Part shown: in pieces, positions 38,992 through 49,604 of the stretch
How the letters are laid out: the number at the start of each line of letters is the position of its first letter
Numbering within the stretch: the first letter of the stretch is position 1
Assembly (NCBI GenBank): GCA_028534125.1
Contig: CM052817.1
Location: 61,444,001-61,508,000, forward strand
Origin: Lama glama
Lineage: Eukaryota
Direction: 5' to 3'
DNA: 64,000 nt
Program-made: the position numbers and the translations under genes
Notes under the pieces: model-generated
What the model saw: the letters and a program-made list of their open reading frames with translations, nothing else
What the model was told of the DNA's origin: nothing
The model's database searches: none

Positions 38992-39310
38992 CAGGGGTCA
39001 GCCAACCTTTATTGTAAAAAGCCAGATAGTAACTAGATTTTGTGAGTCATATGGTCTGTTGCAACTACTCAGTTCTTTGTTTGGTGAAAGTGGCCACAGA
39101 CATATGTAAGTGGAACCTGGCTATGTTCAGTAAACCTTTATTTATGGATGCTGCAATTTGAATTTCATATAGTTTATATGTGTCATGAAATCTTCTTTTC
39201 ATTTTTTGAAAACAATTTACAAATATACAAAGCCATTCTTAGTTTCCAGGCCATAAAAAGATGGGAGACAGGTTGAACTTGACCTGAGAGCCATGGTTTG
39301 CTGAGCCCTG
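38992..39310. mobile_element. MER58-type hAT-Charlie element
   Basis: Inverted termini caggggtcagccaac and gtttgctgagccctg; interior gttgcaactactca. Confidence 0.75.
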
Positions 39311-40307
39311 TTATATGACTTAATGTTTTTTATTCTTTTAACTTTTTCTGCTCTACTTCTTAAAGGATGTTTTGGTTCTACTATGACATTTTTCTTAACA
39401 CTCTGGTAGAGGTATGGCCAGTGTTAAAGAAAAAGTGGGAATATAACCTCTTCTTTTCTGTTTCTTTATCTTAGTGTTAATTTTTCCACTTGAAAATCAG
39501 TATAATGACTGACCCATTCTATCTTTATCTACAGGCTTTTTAAAAAATGGGTAATTTTATACTTTCCTTATTTATTTTTTTCTTCCCAAAGTGTTGTACT
39601 TGGTGCTTTCTTCTTTCAAACCTCACCCTGAATTTTTCATCCTTTCTTTATCTGGTAATACTTCTTCTAAAGTAAAATCCTGGCATTCAAAATTAAATAT
39701 GGTAAAGACATCAGAAGGAAAAAATGAAAAATATTCAAACAACACAGTTGCATGCAAACATTTGTTGTGTGACTGGGTGAAATACTTTGTTTTACATCAA
39801 GATAAACAACATCCATATAATCTCAGATGTGCAAACATACCATTCTGACTTGAAAGGAGATTCCTAGTTGCTTTCATGTGGTGCACTGCTCAGCCCCACA
39901 AGATGTTAGAAAGCATTATGTAATGGAACTCGTACAGACAGACTTGGTTCAAATTCCACCTGACCCTTTAGGTATATGATATTGGGCGACTTGATTTCTT
40001 TGAGCTTGAGTTTTCCTGAAGCATGCAAAATACATAGGAAATTCCCATCCACCCTTCTTCCTCTGTGAGCATATCCATTATCACATGAAGGTCACTATGT
40101 TGAAAAAATTGGGGGGTAAAACAGCCTATGTTTGGTGATGGTGTTGGTTTTAACTTTATGTAGATATGAAACTTAAAAAAAAAAAAAAGAAACCTAACAG
40201 TATTCCAAAATGGAACCAGTGTACTTTTAAGGTAGTATAAATGATAAATGTCTGTGTTTTTCATTAATATTTCCTTTGCCTTGTTTATTTTACTTCTGAA
40301 AACTCAG

Positions 40308-40424
40308 GTTTGACAGTTCTCTGGAAGACCTACCTAAGAGTGGACCTCACCCACCTGCAACTCCTCAGGTTTCACATATTGGTAGCCACGTAGCTACACT
40401 TTCTAAAGTAACCACATATTCTAG
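40308..40424 (+). CDS. PDLIM5: PDLIM5 cassette exon, 117 nt, (K)FDSSLEDLPKSGPHPPATPQVSHIGSHVATLSKVTTYS(S)
   Basis: Acceptor aactcag, donor AG|gtagag, open frame, symmetric phase 2. Matches recalled human FDSALEDLPKSGPHPPATPQV. Confidence 0.88.
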
Positions 40425-41168
40425 GTAGAGTTTTCTTCCTCTTGGTATGTCTAAATTTTAATGCTGGCAGTGAAACTAAATACTAAAACTGTTTGACTAA
40501 AAAGGAAAGAGTGATCATAGATTACAGAACTGACATCGCTAATATATAGACAAGAAAGCTTGGCACTCAGCCTTGGAACACTGCTTTCTACTGCTTTTAT
40601 ATTTTTTACTTTTTGTTTAGATTCTAAGTTCTCATTTAGAGTCAGGAAATCTGTTCCTTTTATATATTCCCTGTGATTTGGAAAGTCAACTTTCCTGAGC
40701 TTGTTAGAAGTCTACCTTACTGAATTAGAGCATTTACCTCTAAAACAGGAGCAATAGAGATTGTATGTTCCAGGTGCCCAGACATAGTCTAAAGGTACTC
40801 AGGTTAATTCTTGTAAGATTTTACTAGACCCTGCTGACACCCAGTCCTTTTATATTATTGTGATACAATGTGATGAAAGAAATTCATCACACTTTCCTTT
40901 TCTTCTGGCAGAAGGATAATTTAGCTGATTTTTTTTTTAGCTGACCTGCTTATAGACTGATATGTCTCATTATTATGCATCATTACTCCCCTCAAGTAGT
41001 AGCTGTTACCTCAGAGGTGGAGAGTAATTGAGAAACTCAAAGTTGAATCACTTGATAACTTTATTCTTCTGCTTTGCATGACACTCATTCCCCTGCTCTG
41101 CCACTGATAGCATCTTTCTTTTCTCTTTGTCAGCCTCATTCTTTCTTTTCTAGCCGTTCACAGCAGGC

Positions 41169-41373
41169 GACATAACCTTCCTTTTTTTTCTCTGCTTATG
41201 GGAATTCACACTTCATGTTTGGATTTATTTTCTACTTAGTTGTTGACAAATCAATCTTCAAATGAATGTTGTTACATGATACTGATTCAAGTAGGACTAG
41301 AGACAGTGAACTTAAATACATTAAAAAATGTTTGTATGTTCATAAAATCAGTGTTATGGAGGATTATACATCA
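41169..41373 (+). repeat. Copy 1 of a ~205-bp direct duplication
   Basis: gacataaccttcc...ggattatacatca; about 95% identical to 42243-42445. Confidence 0.95.
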
Positions 41374-42242
41374 TTAGACTTAGCAAAAAGTTATACTTAA
41401 AAGTTTAACAATTCTGTGTGTGTATATATATATATATTTAATGGCTTGCCACTGGTTTTTTTTTTTTTAATGTCTTCTAATGATTTGTAAAACTGTAGCC
41501 AGTGGAACTAGGAATCATGGATTATCAAATTCTTCTAAAAGGGAGAAGAGAAGTGTGTCAACCCTCACAGTTTTAGACATCTGAGCTCTCGTTAGCTGGG
41601 GTTGAATTTGATGCATAATTACTTTGTGCTAGAGGTGGCTTTTGTCAACAGATTTTGGAGAAAGTGATCAGAGTTTAGTGAGGATATTCACTAAGAACTT
41701 GTGCTTATAAATGAAGAAAAGAGACACTGGTTTCACCTTGTGCATTTTAGACCTCCCTTTTACTTAATAAAAAAGAAATGCTCAATTCCAATTTCATAAC
41801 CAAATTTGAAAAGTCATGTAGCCCTAATGATGAAGTGTTAATTCCTGTCCAAATGTTTGACCTTTTCTAAAAGACTAAAGGAAAAGAATTATTATTTTAA
41901 ATAATAAGAATTCTGAAGGTAAAATTTAGTACCAGCATTTTTGAATCTTTACAGAGCTAACTGAAAACAGAAATACAGAACATGAGCAGAGAAGGTGATG
42001 TTGAAGTCATATTCACTGTAACTGCTGTTAATATTTTACACAGACGCCTGCCCCCCCAAATAGCTTTACTCTCAATATTTTAAAGTTATTTCTTGTCCGT
42101 ATTAATATGTATTGCTGCTTCTGAATAGGCAGCTGGTTGTATCTGCTTCTCCTGAAAACACGAGTCTCATTAAAATGTCAGGTCCTGGGAGTATATCATC
42201 TCTACAGTAAAACTCCTTATGTAGAGACTTTTTGGAAAAATT

Positions 42243-42445
42243 GACATAACCTTCCTTTTTTCTCTGCTTATGGGAATTCACACTTCATGTTTGGATTTAT
42301 TTTCTACTTAGCTGTTGACGAATCAATCTTCAAATGAATGTTGTTACATGATACTGATTCAAGTAGGACTAGAGACAGAGAACTTAAATACATTAAGAAA
42401 TGTTTCTGTGTTCATAAAATCAGTTTTATGGAAGATTACACATCA
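42243..42445 (+). repeat. Copy 2 of a ~205-bp direct duplication
   Basis: gacataaccttcc...agattacacatca; about 9 substitutions and one 2-nt poly-T indel versus copy 1. Confidence 0.95.
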
Positions 42446-42607
42446 GATTTTAATTTCCGAGAGAAATCACAGTGACAGGAAATAAAGGACCAGAACTCCT
42501 TTTACACGTGTGACATGTAGGAAGGTTGCTTTCTTACCTGTATTGTGCTACCTCTTCTCACTTTCCTTTTTGTTCCTCTCCTGTTTTTCTCTACTGATCA
42601 ATTTAAG

Positions 42608-42748
42608 CAGCTCCACAAGAAAGGTGGCGTCAAGTTCTTTGGAAGGTTTTCGAAACTTGTCTGCCTTGCCTTCTCCTGCCAGATACAGTGCTGCCGTTCT
42701 GAGCAGCGCGGCCGCCACTGTGTCTGCTGTTCTCGCTGCGAAAACCAG
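42608..42748 (+). CDS. PDLIM5: PDLIM5 cassette exon, SSTRKVASSSLEGFRNLSALPSPARYSAAVLSSAAATVSAVLAAKT(R); start is 42608 or 42611
   Basis: Within ORF 42510..42752, strong pyrimidine tract, tandem acceptor AAG-CAG, donor AG|gtagaa. 141 or 138 nt, both frame-preserving. Matches recalled SPARYSAAVLSSAAATVSAV. Confidence 0.78.
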
Positions 42749-43330
42749 GTAGAACTACGTGTACAACGTGCGTCTGCCGTGAATCCAGTGCTTTCCACTG
42801 TCTTACAGCTCACCTCCAAGAAAACGTGCCCATTTCAAAGGGTCACAGCTCTATTACAAGATCTTAATTGTACGGGGATATGTCATCTAGGCTGTGAATA
42901 TATCCTACGATATTTATTACTGATTTTTCTCTAAATCGTTCTTTTATCTCTTTCCATTGCTACCGTTTATCTGTGATACTTCTCATTGCATGGATTATTG
43001 CATGTTGTGTGCCTATCGGCTTCTGGGTTTCTATCATTTTTAATTTTTATATCTGGAACAGAATCAAGCATAAATAGGTATTTTAATTTTCTGTTGGTTT
43101 TATCAGCTCCCACAAACTGGTTGTGTTTGAGGGTGATCTAGAGTGGGTGATCTAACACTCCTTCCTCCCATAAAAAGAATACAGCCTTTTTATTGTTACG
43201 GGTTTTGTTTTTACATAATTTCTAGTAGTCTTTATAGCTTTAAATGCTTTCCAAAAGATTGCCCTGATCAATTTTGGTGAAAATTTAATCAATTATATAT
43301 GTGTTTTTTAATATATGTTTAAATCTCTGG

Positions 43331-43426
43331 TTTGTTGTTTTTTTTTTTGATGGAGGTACTGGGGATTGAACCTAGGACCGCCTGCATGCTAAGCATGCAC
43401 TCTACCACTGTGCTATATCCACCCTC
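43331..43426 (-). mobile_element. tRNA-derived SINE, Vic-1-like (camelid)
   Basis: Reverse strand reads gagggtggatatagcacagtggtagagtgcatgcttagcatgc...ggttcaatccccagtacctcc plus A-tail, with Pol III A and B boxes. Confidence 0.8.
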
Positions 43427-43614
43427 AATTCTGTATTAAAGAGTAAAATAGTATAACGGACTCTTCTCTTCATCCTTTCTACTGCTTTGTTCTCTGTCTC
43501 TGTCCCTCTCTATATCTTTCAAGATGTTTCAAATCACAAGCTATAAAAATTACATAATTCCTGCTATTGGTAGTGTGATTTTTCAACCTAAAACTCTTTC
43601 TAAATGCTCACCAG

Positions 43615-43746
43615 GCTCTCCAGTCCTGAAAAATATCACTCACTCCTGGATGCACTTTGCATCAGTCCTGTTTCCAAGCCTTTAGCTTTTTCGTATCTCC
43701 AGCCCTCGAGGAAATCAGCTGGTTCTGTCCATGTTAAGAAGACCAG
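43615..43746 (+). CDS. PDLIM5: PDLIM5 cassette exon, 132 nt, (R)LSSPEKYHSLLDALCISPVSKPLAFSYLQPSRKSAGSVHVKKT(S)
   Basis: Acceptor ctcaccag, donor AG|gtactg, within ORF 43604..43786, symmetric phase 2. Matches recalled YHSLLDALCISPVSKPLAFSYLQ. Confidence 0.88.
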
Positions 43747-44477
43747 GTACTGGGGGAGCGGACATCACAGGGGTGGTTTGCTATGAAAGGTCTAACACTG
43801 ACACCACCGTATTAACAGCTGAGATAAGAAAATTCTAGAGCTGATTTGTGTCCAGTTTAAATTAACTGTAATTCCAATGCAATGATAACGTACAAGCATG
43901 CTATTTTGTATGATTATTAACGTGCCTTTTAATCCTTTGTGACATCTTTTATTAGCACACTTGATGTTTGGTTTGAAATTATGTGTAATTGTGCAAGTAT
44001 TTGAGTTCCAATGGAACCCTGTTTTTAAATCGCATGGATGGAGCCATATGAGAATGCTTAAATGTTTAATAAAACATGCCTTTATACTTTTTGAAAAAGA
44101 TGAACAAGAATAATGAAATAATTGGTTTTGATTGGCTACTATCTTATAGTTCTGAAATATGAAGGTTTTACTTGGGCAAACAACTTAATTTTCACCATAT
44201 CTGGGAAATACTAGAACACAAAAACCGATTTTTCTCCTAAACTGAACAATTACACCAGAATTATTAGGTATAATGTAAAAATGAAAATATCTCAAGTGCT
44301 TACTAAAAGTGTAACCTTAGTGAAATAACTACAAAATTATTTACAACAGAACATAAAATTAATGGCAGAGTACAGAACTGTGACTATAATCAGTAAAAGC
44401 CAGATATGACATAGGCTGTCTGTTGATCGAATGTTTGGCCTACCCACTGTTACAGATGTTCTCAATATGCTTAATTA

Positions 44478-44955
44478 CAGGCATGCCGCAGAGAGATTAG
44501 GGGTTTGATTCCAGACCATGGTAATAAAGATCGCAATAAAGCAAGTCACAAATTTTTTGGTGTCTCAGTGCATAAAATTATGTTTACACTATACTGTCTT
44601 CTGTTACATGTACAGTAGCATATGTCTAAAAAACTGATGCACATACCTTAATTTAAAATATTTTATTGCTTAAAAATGCTAACCATGATCTGAACCTTCC
44701 AAGAATCATAATCTTTTTGCAATAGTGACATCAAAGATCACTGATCCCAGATCACAGTAACAAGTATATTAATAATGAAAAAGTCTGGACTATTTTGAGG
44801 ATTACCAGAATGTGACACAGAGACACAGAGTAAGCAAGCAGCAGATGCTTTTGGAAAAATGGTGCCTATAGACTTGCTTGATGCAAGATTGCTACAAACC
44901 TTCAATTTGTAAAATGCAGTATGTGCAAAGCACTGTAAAACAGAGTGCAATAAAA
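44478..44955 (-). mobile_element. Internally deleted Tigger1 DNA transposon
   Basis: ta|caggcatgcc terminus; gacatcaaagatcactgatc, gtgacacagagacac and aaaccttcaatttgtaaaa match both recalled Tigger1 ends. Confidence 0.8.
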
Positions 44956-47696
44956 TTATATGATAACTTTTAAGGGAGGTGTTTAAACAGGGGGAAGAGA
45001 GATCATTGTACATTTCCCTCTAAGAAAATAAACCTGAAATCATATTTGTGGCATTGTGATTGTTAAATGAGCAGGAATAGTACATTGTCGGAGCTGAGTC
45101 TGTACAAAGGCAGGTTACTGATCACACTTGGAATAAAAAGACCCTTTGAGAACCGAATGGAATGCTCTAAATTCTCTCTCCAGAAGAGCGTCTATTGCAT
45201 TTCTTTTTAGCAAAATGGCCTACGGTGTGTTTTGATTGACATTCAATAAGATAGGATGGGGGAAAATACTGGTTATGAGAAAATACCCCTTTCTCCACTT
45301 TACTGCTCCCTTCTCCATGCTTTTTCAGCTGATAACTTTATATTCCAGTGAGTTATCTTGTCCTCACCGTTTAACAGAAAAAGTACAACATAAAATCCTT
45401 GCATACCTTGTTTGATTGGAGAATTTTAACGTTTTTCATTTACCATTGTAAAACCGAGGATAATTGTGTAACTTTTTGACCTGTAGTTGTTACATGTAAG
45501 GCAGTGTGTCTTGCAGCAGGGTGAGCTACTCTAAAAGAAATGGATCCTAGATAGTTTTTGCTTCAACTCAGGAGTCTTATTGTTGAAATGAACTTTTTGT
45601 TTAAAAAAAAAAAAGTAGGCCTGCAGTTATAGACTGACTGAATATTTATCTATGGACCCATTTCTAGAGCAAGTGTTAGTAGTCATTTTCGTTACCTTTT
45701 ATTAACAGCAGTGGGCACAAACTAAATATATTTTGATATTTGGAAAAGGAAAATGGTTCTCGGCAAGGTAAGCTAGTTGGCATCTTGCACAGCAGGGACA
45801 CGGTTTCCTGAGGAGACCTTGCTGCCTCAGTGGGAAGAGTACCAAAAAGAGCAGTTGGGCTAATGTCAGAGGTATTTTATCTCTGATTTTTGCTTTTGTA
45901 TGACAGTAATCTTTAAAATTATGATGAAGTGTAGTATAATACCAGACTTGCTTCTCTCCATTGTAGTATATTTAGCATGTCGAGTTTTGATACGGAAAGT
46001 CTAAGTTAAAGAATTTTGCTTAGGAAAATACAGAAAATTTTCTTGTAAACAGAATTCTGGAAGGAAGGCGTCTCATGACTGTTCTGTTTTTCTAGGTCCT
46101 TTTATAGAGTTTTGACAGAAGAATTCTATTAAAACTATAAGTTGCTTATGGTTCTGACCTTCCAGAAATATTCCTCTCCTGCCACTTAAGAATCTGTGTA
46201 TTAGTGTATCAATTTTTGTGAAACTTTGGCTAAAAAACTGTTTAAATATTGACGTAATTAAATCTGTAGTGTACAGCTGCCTTTTAAAAAATGTAAACAT
46301 GAAATTGGAATAAATTTACTTCAAGATTATTCTTTGAGCAGGATTTTTTCCTTTGAAAATAGACTTGAAATTTCCAATTGTTCCCAACTGCAACTGAAAT
46401 ATATTTGCTGTAGTAGTTAAACAAATGTGGGAAAAGAATGTAAACTCAGGATAACTCAGGTTGCTTACACTGAAATTTAACTTGTTTTTCCTTATTTTTT
46501 CCCCATTAGTTCAGTTTTGAAAAGAAACCTTTGCTCTATCAGTATATGTTTCTCCATTTTCAGTTTTTGAAATATGAAACAGAAACTTTGGTAATCTTGA
46601 GATAGAAGACTTATTAATTTAACATTTCATTTTAGTGCTTATTTGGCACATTATTAAAAATGACCATATTTGATTCTTAGCTTCTGTGATGTTAACCAAG
46701 GGTATTTATGGATTTGCTCTGGTTTCCTCATTAGCATCTTTTAGAAAGCATTTTAATTTTGTTCAGAATTTAGGTATACCTCAAACAATTTAAATTTAGG
46801 GAAAATATATATTAGTCATGATTTCAGAAATAAGTAATCATGGCATGTTAATAAGTTAGTCATCAGTTTGAAATATTTTGCAATTATTGATTATTGATAA
46901 CATTTATTCCCAGATATAAAATTGTATAGCTAGTAGTTTTATTAATTCTTTCATTTTTAGTACACTATACATAGTTTAATATATTTTCTTTAAATAATAG
47001 CAAATGGTTAAATATTCAGGAAAACAATGTTTTTCATTTTTAGAGTCCTAGGTGTAATATATTCTGATATATGATTGCCTAAGTAAAGCTCAGTATTCTC
47101 CCATTACTCCATTATATATTTTAAGTTAATAGAGCTGTATTTCTCCAGAGATTATTTAACTCTGCCAGTCAATCCTGAATATAAATGTAATTGGAAGAAC
47201 TTCCTTGCTTATAACTTAAATTTTTATAGGTTCTTTATAATTTACTGCACACCCTTTGTATCTAAGGAGAACTCTTACTTAAGTCTCATGGAACTCTTAT
47301 GAGCAAAGTAGTATCCCCATTTAAAGTTTAGGTAATGGAGGCTTAGAGAAGTAAAATAATCTGTCCATCACAAATCTTTTAAAAGGCACTAACTATAATC
47401 CTTAAACTCTGCTTCCATTAATATTATTTATTGTGCCATCTTTATTGATAACTGTGTTCAGCATTGCTATTGAGTAAGCAATCTTTCACTTTTTATTTAT
47501 GATAAAATTATTAAAGTACTTAATTTTTTCATTGTATGTTTTAACATCAAACAGGTTTTAGTTTTTCATCAAACTGCTTTCTGCTTAGAAATGATGAAAG
47601 AAGGTGATAGCTCTTCTGCACCTGAATTTGAGAGAACAATAATAGAGGATAATATTTCCAGAAAATGAAAATAGCTCCCATACTATTTTTTAAAAC

Positions 47697-48257
47697 TGTT
47701 TTCGTGCAGAGGTGCACTAAAAGCACCCCTAGGTTTGGTGAATCACTGGACGACTCACAGAACTCGGTCTGTAGTCATGCTCATGACTAAGAGTTATTGC
47801 AATGAAAGTACAAAGCATGATCAGCAAGGGGGAAAGGTGCGTGGGACCAAATCTAAAGAAAGGAGGTTCAAATTTCTAGAGGTCCTGTCGCAGTGATGTC
47901 ACATAGGACACGTAGATTCCTCTAGCAGTGAGTTAGGACAAGACAGGCAAAGCGTTGTCAACCATAGAAGCTCATTAAAAGCCAAGTACCTGAGACAGAC
48001 TTAATTGGGGATCCTTACGAAGGCATGCTGGGCCTCGTTCATACCAGAACTGGAGACTCACAGGAGGAAAGCAGGTGTTTACCGCATTGTTCGTATTGTT
48101 TAGGCACAATGAGCCACTGTGTCTTTTAGAGGAAGTTTTATATGACTCTAGGGAACTGTTTACCAGCCAGGTTCCCACATGCCAGGCAAAGGGCAACCTT
48201 GCAAGCCAGCCTTTCCTAAGGAGAGGCGGCCTCAGACCTGCTTTGTTTGGTGTTATC
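47697..48257. mobile_element. ERV LTR remnant, MER21/MER77-like
   Basis: cacccctaggtttggtga...actcacagaactc, atcagcaagggggaaaggtgc and caggaggaaagcaggtgtt. Confidence 0.55.
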
Positions 48258-49416
48258 TGGGATTCAGGAGGCACTGGGGAAATTAGGTGTTCTTGGTCAT
48301 TTGATAGTATAGTGGGCATGATTGCACTGAAAATTTTGTTGAGATAATCTCAAAGTAAATGGTATAATTAAGGGTATTTATTTTACTGAAGTCATTAATA
48401 TAGTATTTACTGAAGTATTAATGTAGTATGTCTTTATTAAATGATTCCTCCAGCTATTGGTTTCAGTTATTGAAGGAATTGAGTTTCTGTGCATGGAATT
48501 ATTTAGCAACCAGACCTCAATTTCTATGGAAAAGTTAGTAGGATGTGTTATTGTTGTTGTCATTGTTATACTTCACTTGAGAGAAACTGCTAGAGTATTG
48601 CATCATTCCAAAGAGCATATTTTATAATTTGAACTACCTGATATTACTTTGTTTGAAATGATCATATATAGTTAAGAATAATAGATGTCTGGGATAATAA
48701 AAGCCTTATGATCATCTAAATCAATCTGAAACCAGTACAGATAAGACCTCCTGTTAAGCAAATACCTGACTGAGAGAGGACCATGGCAGACTTGTTCCTC
48801 GTTTTCCTGTCGTAGGAACACAGAGCACTGGGTGTTGTCTCTCTTTTTACCACTGTCTGGCCAATGCGGATGGAGCACAGTGTCTGGCATGTAGAAGATG
48901 CTTGAGTATTTATTGAATGAATGAGTGACTGAGTGGGTACGTGAGTGAAAAGAGTGACTGGTAAGATGTCAGGAAACTTAGTTCATAAATTACCAGAGGA
49001 ACGTGGGAAAGAGGAAAGCAACATCTGTGCCATTTGGTAGAACTTATCAGGGTTTCTCCAATGATTAACTGTTTTCATCTAGATGACTCTTCTGAAGGAA
49101 TAGGAAATTAGCTTATTATTTAAAAGGATTGGCTGTACAAGTTTTTCAGTGCCTAATTTCTCCTGGTAGACCTTTTAAAGAGAATTTCCAAAGTATTGAA
49201 CAACTGCAATCTGATTCCTTTCCTTTTCTTTTTTCCTGTTTTAAAGAGAGGCAGCCCCTCAATCATGGTACTAGAGTTTTTCTTTTTCAAAATATCCATT
49301 AATTAATTAATATATTTGTTCTCCTTCAAGATTTAATCGATTGAGAAAAGAAGGAATCATTGCTAAGTTAGATTGCTACCACTTCGCCAAAAACGTTTCC
49401 TTCCTTTTCTCCCCAG

Positions 49417-49604
49417 CATCACACACGAGCTGTCTCAGCAGTCGGCTCCGCCAGCGGCTGCAGCGCCAGAGGGGCCGGGGAGCCCAGCCTCCGCCAGGGC
49501 CGGGGTTGCCGGGGTGGCCGGGCTCACTACTGCCGCCGCCTTCAAGCCTCTGGGATCCACCAGTGGGATCAAGTCACCAAGCTGGCAGCGGCCAAACCAA
49601 GCAG
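49417..49604 (+). CDS. PDLIM5: PDLIM5 exon of LIM-containing isoforms, 188 nt, ITHELSQQSAPP...LTTAAAFKPLGSTSGIKSPSWQRPNQA
   Basis: Acceptor ttttctccccag, donor G|gtatgc, within ORF 49373..49690. 3' half matches recalled AAAFKPVGST..IKSPSWQRPNQ. Phase 2 to 1. Confidence 0.95.

Noticed and set aside
41169..41373. Duplicated unit as a C/D-box snoRNA (atgata...ctga)
   Set aside because: No proper RUGAUGA box, spacing or terminal stem; an Infernal/Rfam search would settle it.
43350..43426. tRNA-Ala-like genes here and at 59865-59940
   Set aside because: A-tails, degraded acceptor stems and a TSD at the second copy indicate SINEs.
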